From: Candidatus Parvarchaeota archaeon
Lineage (GTDB): Archaea; Nanobdellota; Nanobdellia; WJKC01
Assembly (NCBI GenBank): GCA_030615175.1
Contig: JAUWZX010000001.1
Coordinates: forward strand, 524,044-588,043
Reading direction: 5' to 3'
Length of the DNA stretch: 64,000 nucleotides
Positions 58,487 through 64,000 of the stretch are shown piece by piece (the stretch's first letter is position 1; every line of letters begins with the position of its first letter). The notes beneath the pieces were generated by a model that was not told where the DNA came from, did not search any database, and saw only the letters and a list, made by a program, of their open reading frames with translations. The position numbers and the translations under genes were made by a program.

Positions 58487-59206
58487 TTACTCTTTATTGT
58501 TGGCATTTATTGTTCGAAATAATTTATCAGCATTAAGTCCCAATATCTTCTCTTTCTGTTCCAGCGTTAAGTAAGGCGTGTGCTCTATCTTGAATCGTTC
58601 AATTAATGGTGTTGAGAAAGGATAGTCGCTGCCAAAGAGAATTCTATCCTCATCAATACTCATCAGAATCTTAAGTGTGAAGGGACTGGTCTTAATTGAA
58701 GTGTCAAAATAAAGGTTTTTACAGTCCTTAAAAGCCTTTAAGTAAGACTTCTTCCTGCCAGCATGAGCAGCAATGAATTTAACAGAATTAAACTCCTTAA
58801 TGAGGAGTAATAATTCAGTCATTAAATCAGCATTAGAGTGGAATAACACTACTAATTCAGTGTCCTTAATTATTGTTAATGCATTCCTTAAGGATTCCAT
58901 GTTCCACTTATCATTATTAAAGTGCAGTTTTACGCCTCGAGTAAGAGGATGCTTTAATAAATCTGCTTTAGTGAATCCTGGTCCAAGCCTGATGAAAGGA
59001 ATAATTAAATCAGGAAACTCATTATGCAAATCCATTACTTGATTATTTAAATCAGAGTATTGAACACTCATATCATAACTCCTTATTGGGAACACAACAA
59101 CCTTACTGACTCCTGCCTCTTTTAATGAATTAATTAATCCTTCCTTAGTACTCGTTGCTGTTGAAGCGCCAGCACCTAAATGAGCGTGAACATCAAAAAC
59201 TAACAT
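58487..59206 (-). CDS. Amidohydrolase-family metal-dependent hydrolase
   Basis: DVHAHLG, GVKLH, AAHAG, LFGSDYP, GLNA. Confidence 0.88.
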   Translation of the reverse strand: MLVFDVHAHLGAGASTATSTKEGLINSLKEAGVSKVVVFPIRSYDMSVQYSDLNNQVMDLHNEFPDLIIPFIRLGPGFTKADLLKHPLTRGVKLHFNNDKWNMESLRNALTIIKDTELVVLFHSNADLMTELLLLIKEFNSVKFIAAHAGRKKSYLKAFKDCKNLYFDTSIKTSPFTLKILMSIDEDRILFGSDYPFSTPLIERFKIEHTPYLTLEQKEKILGLNADKLFRTINANNKE

Positions 59207-59323
59207 TAATAATTGATAGTTTTGGAAAAGAATATAAGCATTTCTAATCCCTGTGGCTTAATTCTTATTTATTAAATCTAACCGAAACTTTATAAAAACA
59301 ATAACTAATATTTTATTCTACAA

Positions 59324-59463
59324 GGGGCTGTAGTCTAGCCTGGTCTAGGACCCGTGGTTTGGGACCAACCCTTTTCTCGCTTCGCTCCAAAAGCGTTGAC
59401 GGAAAAGGATTTAAAACGTTGGCAGAATACCGCGAGACCCCGGTTCAAATCCGGGCAGCCTCA
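59324..59463 (+). tRNA. tRNA-Pro(TGG) with 65-nt intron (59364-59428) at position 37/38
   Basis: GGGGCTG/CAGCCTC acceptor; BHB with TTTG/CAGA helix, bulges GG|A and AT|A, CCAAC/GTTGG closing helix. Confidence 0.95.
59366..59406. repeat. REP-like hairpin element, copy 3 (in tRNA-Pro intron)
   Basis: CAAC-C-CTTTT-CTCGCTTCGCTCC-AAAAG-C-GTTG-ACGGAAAA. Confidence 0.9.
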
Positions 59464-59517
59464 CTTCTCCATTATAATACAAAAGTTTTAAAAGCAATTA
59501 CTAAATCCCTCTACGTT

Positions 59518-59733
59518 ATGGGAAGGACTAAGACGGTCGGGTCTGCAGGCAGGTTTGGCCCGAGGTACGGGCGTAAGATTCGCAAGAAGGTTAGAGTCAT
59601 TGAGGAATTAAAGAATCGCAGTAAGGAGTGCCCTGAGTGCGGTAAGAAGACTCTTAAAAGGTTAGCGCAGGGAATCTATGAATGCAGTAAGTGTAATGCT
59701 AAGATAGCAGGCAGGGCTTACACGTTAAAATAA
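59518..59733 (+). CDS. rpl37ae: 50S ribosomal protein L37Ae (eL43)
   Basis: VGSAGRFGPRYG, CPECG, CSKC, IAGRAY; start corrected to 59518. Confidence 0.96.
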   Translation: MGRTKTVGSAGRFGPRYGRKIRKKVRVIEELKNRSKECPECGKKTLKRLAQGIYECSKCNAKIAGRAYTLK

Positions 59734-59737
59734 GTAA

Positions 59738-59938
59738 TCAGAACTTTTTGTAAACAGCGATTAAATCAATTAAGTCTACATGACTTACTAACGCTCCCCT
59801 GCAGCAGTACCGTTCAACTTTCAGCACATTCAATGCTTTAGCAGGGTTCATTCCATTATCAACTAACTCCTTAAACTTCTTCCATAAGTGAGCAATTGGT
59901 TTTCCGCATGAGAAGCAACGAATTGGAATCATAAGCAA
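59738..59938 (-). CDS. rpoN: RNA polymerase subunit N (Rpo10)
   Basis: IPIRCFSCGK, RYCCR. Confidence 0.95.
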   Translation of the reverse strand: MLMIPIRCFSCGKPIAHLWKKFKELVDNGMNPAKALNVLKVERYCCRGALVSHVDLIDLIAVYKKF

Positions 59939-59998
59939 TCACTTAATTAATTATAGGAAAATAAAAGAGAGGGGTATATAAAGTTTCCTATCATAAAT

Positions 59999-60481
59999 TT
60001 ATTCACTTATTAATTCAATATATTCTTCACAATATTCTTTATTAAATGGCCTGATATTTGAGTATTCCCTGCCGAACTTTAGTTTAGGATGAATTAATCT
60101 TATCATTTCTTGAAAAGACTGCTCCCCGATTTCCCGGCACACAAATTTTGTTTCCAAACCCACTCTTTCACATGCATCCAAGTAAGGGCAGGAATTATAA
60201 GAATCAATTCTAATCCTTGTTTCAGAAACCCTTGTTACTTTTGAATACGCAGGGTCAACCTGCAAGTGCTCGATAAAAATGATTTTATAAGCCATTTCCT
60301 CAGGAGGTAATCCTTCATATTTGATTTTCATTTCATCCAAGTTATTCTTCATCCACTTCACTCTTCTCTCTGTAATTAAATCAGCTAATTCCTTAGGAGT
60401 TAAGATTCCTTCTTTAATCTTCATTAATTCTTCAATCTTTTCTTCTAACTTCTGCTCAAAACGCGAACTCATAAATAACAA
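59999..60481 (-). CDS. Hypothetical protein with Cys motif (V4R/ligand-binding-like)
   Basis: CPYLDAC...VC...YCEE. Confidence 0.6.
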   Translation of the reverse strand: MLFMSSRFEQKLEEKIEELMKIKEGILTPKELADLITERRVKWMKNNLDEMKIKYEGLPPEEMAYKIIFIEHLQVDPAYSKVTRVSETRIRIDSYNSCPYLDACERVGLETKFVCREIGEQSFQEMIRLIHPKLKFGREYSNIRPFNKEYCEEYIELISE

Positions 60482-60514
60482 TACAATAAAAAAAATAGTT
60501 TATAAACATTACTA

Positions 60515-60853
60515 TTATTCAGAAGGCATGATGAAATTAATATCTGAAGGACAAATATTATTCATGTAACACGTAACTTTCTTCCCAACCAAATCCTCAA
60601 ATTCTTCAACACCCATCTTCTTAAGGAATTTATGATACAACTTGCCGCTAATTTTTTTCGTGTACACTATGGATGGAGTCAGTACTTTCACTTTAAAATA
60701 GAAATCACTATTCTTATCATCAAAGCCGATAATATTATTCAAGGACTTATTCTTAGTAATGAATTTTAACTTGCCAGCAATTATAATATCCTTAATGACT
60801 CCCTGTTTCTGTTCTAAACCACTATAATAATTCATCATAACTAAAAAAGTCAT
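60515..60853 (-). CDS. Hypothetical protein
   Basis: 112-aa ORF; start may be a later Met. Confidence 0.5.
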   Translation of the reverse strand: MTFLVMMNYYSGLEQKQGVIKDIIIAGKLKFITKNKSLNNIIGFDDKNSDFYFKVKVLTPSIVYTKKISGKLYHKFLKKMGVEEFEDLVGKKVTCYMNNICPSDINFIMPSE

Positions 60854-60923
60854 TTCTTAATGTTTTATAAATATTCCTGTTCAAAAAAAATTATATAAAT
60901 GCATAAAGGATGAATTAAAAGTA

Positions 60924-61940
60924 ATGGATGTTAATGAAAAATTGTCAATAATTAAGAATAATGTTGTAGAAATCATTGGAGAAAGCGAGTTAAAAGAGCT
61001 ATTAAGAAAGAATAAAAGGATAAGCGCGTATCATGGCAGGGCTCCAACAGGGTCACTGCACATGGGGCACATCACTCCATTAATTAAAGTGTTTGATTTT
61101 GACAGGGTTGGAATTAAGTCAAAAATATTAATTGCTGACATTCACGCAGCACTTGATGACTTAAAGGCTCCTTGGGAGGATATTGATAAGAGGGCGAGAT
61201 TCACTCAGAAATGCATTGAATTAGCTCTTCCATGGAAGAAGAAACCTGAATTCGTGCTTGGCTCTAGTTTTCAATTAACAAAGGAATACCAGTTAGATAC
61301 TTTAAAGATTAGCTCTCTTGCAACAATAAACAGGGCTAAGAGAGCTGCAAGTGAAGTAACAAGAATGAAGAATCCTAAAGTATCAGAATTAATTTACCCG
61401 ATAATGCAGGCACTGGATGAGGAATACTTAAAAATTGACATTCAATGGGGAGGCATTGATCAGAGGCACATACTGGCTTTTGCCAGGGAATACATGCCAA
61501 AGATTGGTTATAAGCCGAGAATTGAAATAATGCAGCCATTAATAATGTCACTTAAGGGTTCTGGAGTTAAGATGAGTTCATCAGTGCCTGAAACCATTAT
61601 AAAAATTTATGATTCAGAGGAGTCAATTAGGAGTAAAATAAAGAATGCTTTCTGCCCTGAAGGAGTGGTTGAGGATAATCCGGTACTGCAGTTAAGCAGG
61701 TACTTAATATTTGGTTTAAAGGATTCGCTGAGTGTTGAGCGGCCAAGAAAGTTTGGAGGGGAAATAATATTTAATAGTTATGAGGAATTAGAAGAATCCT
61801 TTAAGAATGAGGAATTACACCCAATGGATTTAAAGAACGCGTTAACAATTGAGTTAATTAATACTTTCAGGAAAGTCAGGAAATACTTTAAATCTCACGC
61901 CAGCATGCTTGAGGAATTAGGTCCTCAATTCATGCCTTAA
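60924..61940 (+). CDS. tyrS: Tyrosyl-tRNA synthetase (archaeal type)
   Basis: PTGSLHMGH, YPIMQALD, GGIDQR, KMSSS, LHPMDLK. Confidence 0.96.
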   Translation: MDVNEKLSIIKNNVVEIIGESELKELLRKNKRISAYHGRAPTGSLHMGHITPLIKVFDFDRVGIKSKILIADIHAALDDLKAPWEDIDKRARFTQKCIELALPWKKKPEFVLGSSFQLTKEYQLDTLKISSLATINRAKRAASEVTRMKNPKVSELIYPIMQALDEEYLKIDIQWGGIDQRHILAFAREYMPKIGYKPRIEIMQPLIMSLKGSGVKMSSSVPETIIKIYDSEESIRSKIKNAFCPEGVVEDNPVLQLSRYLIFGLKDSLSVERPRKFGGEIIFNSYEELEESFKNEELHPMDLKNALTIELINTFRKVRKYFKSHASMLEELGPQFMP

Positions 61941-62567
61941 TTATTTCTTAATTGTCTTTTTTTGCACTGGCTTTCTCGCGTCAGCTAGGCCGCCAGGAAG
62001 TTCAGGAACTACTTGTCTTAGAATTATGAATAATAAGCAGAAAAGCATGAATAGAGTGATCCCTGCAAGGAGTGTTACTAAATTAAACTCCAGTAATCCG
62101 TAAATAAATGGTGTTAATAGTATTGCAAGGAATGAGAATTCCCTGTTATTCCCCCAAACCTTTGCTGCCTTGCGAGCCATTGCTGCTTCAATCATGACTG
62201 ATAAACCGTAGAAAATCATGAACACTGAAAGCATTGTCTTAATAAAGCTTTCAAGAACGATTCCTTGCTCGATTAAGTAGCGAGACCATGATAAGCCAAC
62301 CCATAAACCTGACAAGCCATTACTGAACGCTGATTCAAAAGTATTTCTTGAAGTCCTGAAAGTTAATTCACTAATAACCCATGCAATGTAAACTGGGATC
62401 AGGGTCCATAGTACTTCAAAACTAAACACTGGTGCTGAAATAATAACTCCTACTTCAATGATTACTGGCAGGAAACCGCCAATAAGAATGCAGGTGACGG
62501 CGACGCCGGCAAGTATTAAAGCCTTGCTCAGCGTCCAGTGCTTCTTAATTAATTCACGTACACGCAT
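61941..62567 (-). CDS. Multi-pass membrane protein, paralogue of 10039-10809
   Basis: VLWTLIPVYIAW, FSNGLSGLWVGL. Confidence 0.7.
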   Translation of the reverse strand: MRVRELIKKHWTLSKALILAGVAVTCILIGGFLPVIIEVGVIISAPVFSFEVLWTLIPVYIAWVISELTFRTSRNTFESAFSNGLSGLWVGLSWSRYLIEQGIVLESFIKTMLSVFMIFYGLSVMIEAAMARKAAKVWGNNREFSFLAILLTPFIYGLLEFNLVTLLAGITLFMLFCLLFIILRQVVPELPGGLADARKPVQKKTIKK

Positions 62568-62651
62568 TAAATAATATTAAAGGAGTTAATCAATTATTAA
62601 GTTTGCTCAGTAATCTTTAAAAAAGCAATTAAGTTACTTTTAATCATTACC

Positions 62652-62747
62652 GCCGGAGTAGCTCAGCCTGGCTAGAGCGCAGGGCTCATGAGCGGTTACT
62701 CAGTCTGGGTAACCTTGAGGTCGCGAGTTCAAATCTCGCCTCCGGCA
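62652..62747 (+). tRNA. tRNA-Met(CAT), elongator type, with 21-nt intron (62691-62711) at 37/38
   Basis: GCCGGAG/CTCCGGC acceptor, CAGGG/CCTTG anticodon stem, CTCA/TGGG central helix, bulges TG|A and TA|A. Confidence 0.9.
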
Positions 62748-62757
62748 TAAAAAATAT

Positions 62758-63210
62758 TCAGTCGAAAAAAACTATTTTCCATTCACCTTCATGTTTTACA
62801 ACAAGATAAGGTGCACTTACTGTTCCTTCAGTTGATTGCTGCATTTCAAAGGTAATAGTAACCGCTTTTACTTCTGAAAAAGGCATTTCTGCAGTTTCTG
62901 CAAGTTCAGCAAGTTCAGCGGCAGACACATCAGACTCACTAATTATTTGATAAGAGCTAATTAAGTTAGTTTCCCAGTTAGATATTATCTCATCCTTTAC
63001 GTCTGCAGAGGGTGATTCCCCTTCCAAACTAATCATTTGATTAATTGCTGATTCATAGTCCCCTGCAATTATATTATTCAGAAACACTTGCATGGCGGCT
63101 CCTGCTGTTGCCTCTCCAGTTACTCCGCCCGTTTCTTGCTGGGCGCACCCGCTGATGAATACAAGCAAGAACAGCAAAGGAATCGTGAAAAATAACTTAT
63201 TCATGTGCAT
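62758..63210 (-). CDS. Predicted lipoprotein (NTF2/DUF4878-like)
   Basis: Lipobox FISGC, C-terminal LVVKHEGEWKI; start moved from 63525 to 63210/63204. Confidence 0.7.
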   Translation of the reverse strand: MHMNKLFFTIPLLFLLVFISGCAQQETGGVTGEATAGAAMQVFLNNIIAGDYESAINQMISLEGESPSADVKDEIISNWETNLISSYQIISESDVSAAELAELAETAEMPFSEVKAVTITFEMQQSTEGTVSAPYLVVKHEGEWKIVFFD

Positions 63211-63293
63211 ATTTAATCGGGGATTTAATAAAAAACTTTTCAAAATAAAATTATAACAAAGTTTATTAACTAGCAGATTCCAACAAATTAATA

Positions 63294-63803
63294 ATGACGG
63301 ATTTAAGTAGTTTATTAAGGAAGACTCAACTTCCATTAAGTGTTGCCCGTGAATTAGTAAAGGGTGAACGTAATGCGACACTTGAAACAGAATACATTCA
63401 TAAATGCGTAAGTTGCGATTACAAAGAACAATGGTATCAAATAAGGATTTGCACTTACGATGCAAGAGGGGTGTATGGAGAGCACAGCCAGTATGATTGC
63501 ATTCCAGTACTTGAAAACCCTCCAAGCAAATTGAACTATTTTAGCATAAAAGTTAAAAAAGAATTCTTGGATAATCATTTGAAAAATTTTCCGATAAATC
63601 CTGAAGAAATTGGCAAAGCCATGTCAATCCTTAATTATTTAGAGTCAGTTATAAAAAATGATTATCTATTACTTCCCAGAACAACAAGCTGGGAACAAAT
63701 CTGTAATGATTGTTTTAAGAAACCAAATAATTCCACAATCTTAAAGAATTTACATAAGAACTTCTTAAAGCCTGAATGGATAGAAGTAACAGAAAAGCAA
63801 TAA
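63294..63803 (+). CDS. Hypothetical protein with CxxC pairs
   Basis: KCVSC...ICNDC. Confidence 0.6.
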   Translation: MTDLSSLLRKTQLPLSVARELVKGERNATLETEYIHKCVSCDYKEQWYQIRICTYDARGVYGEHSQYDCIPVLENPPSKLNYFSIKVKKEFLDNHLKNFPINPEEIGKAMSILNYLESVIKNDYLLLPRTTSWEQICNDCFKKPNNSTILKNLHKNFLKPEWIEVTEKQ

Positions 63804-63870
63804 TTATTAATCGCGGCATCCGCGGCAGGGGCATTAATTTTATATACCCTCTTTTATTAAGGAATTAATT

Positions 63871-64000
63871 ATGGATGCTGAAGAGTCATTGGATGAACTT
63901 CTAAGTAATAAGGAACTTTGTGAGGTTTTTAAATCCCTTTTGGACGGCAGGAAAACTTTTAAGCAGATTCAAAGACAAGCAGGCATTAAGAAATTATATT
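63871..64000 (+). CDS. Possible winged-helix protein, 3'-partial
   Basis: MDAEESLDELLSNKELCEVFKSLLDGRKTFKQIQRQAGI; TTTATATA 25 nt upstream. Confidence 0.5.
   Translation, partial: MDAEESLDELLSNKELCEVFKSLLDGRKTFKQIQRQAGIKKLY

Noticed and set aside
59359..59517. N-terminal extension of L37Ae encoded from the tRNA-Pro intron
   Set aside because: Overlaps the tRNA; the L37Ae motif begins at ATG 59518, which has its own TATA-like box.
63211..63525. N-terminal extension of the minus-strand lipoprotein ORF
   Set aside because: Overlaps the plus-strand gene 63294-63803, and the signal peptide starts at 63210/63204.
63812..63824. GC hairpin CGCGG-CAT-CCGCG
   Set aside because: Only 5 bp, single copy, with no adjacent U-tract or other support.
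1..64000. CRISPR array, cas genes, rRNA, integrase or transposase
   Set aside because: No regularly spaced repeat-spacer series or diagnostic motifs seen; the direct repeats found have only two copies each.

Overview
AT-rich, gene-dense archaeal chromosome segment, most consistent with a DPANN (Nanobdellota/Woesearchaeota-like) lineage; this is inferred from the form III RuBisCO, Alba, rpoP/rpoN/L37ae, SepF-UPF0147-prefoldin-Pcc1 and mostly leaderless TATA promoters. It holds about 85 CDS and four tRNA genes: Glu-CTC, plus Leu-TAG, Pro-TGG and Met-CAT, which carry bulge-helix-bulge (BHB) type introns. I saw no CRISPR array, rRNA, integrase or transposase. Main findings: (1) A small REP-like hairpin, SAAC-C-CTTTT-[variable loop]-AAAAG-C-GTTS-ACGGAAAA, occurs three times: in the T-loop (59/60) intron of tRNA-Leu, in the 37/38 intron of tRNA-Pro, and free in an intergenic region, with a compensatory base-pair change. 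This suggests a mobile mini-element that shelters in, or creates, spliceable tRNA introns. (2) A candidate 42-nt BHB/BHL-type intron lies in the 5' end of the threonyl-tRNA synthetase mRNA; its predicted excision removes three in-frame stops and joins a leaderless ATG to the gene. (3) A second BHB-like structured leader precedes a DUF4130 gene. Other points: split ThrRS, a CTP synthase with a degenerate glutaminase site, strong GATC depletion, a duplicated 49-bp promoter/start module and a Cys/Lys-rich micropeptide. All calls come from reading the sequence by eye; no searches or folding programs were run.
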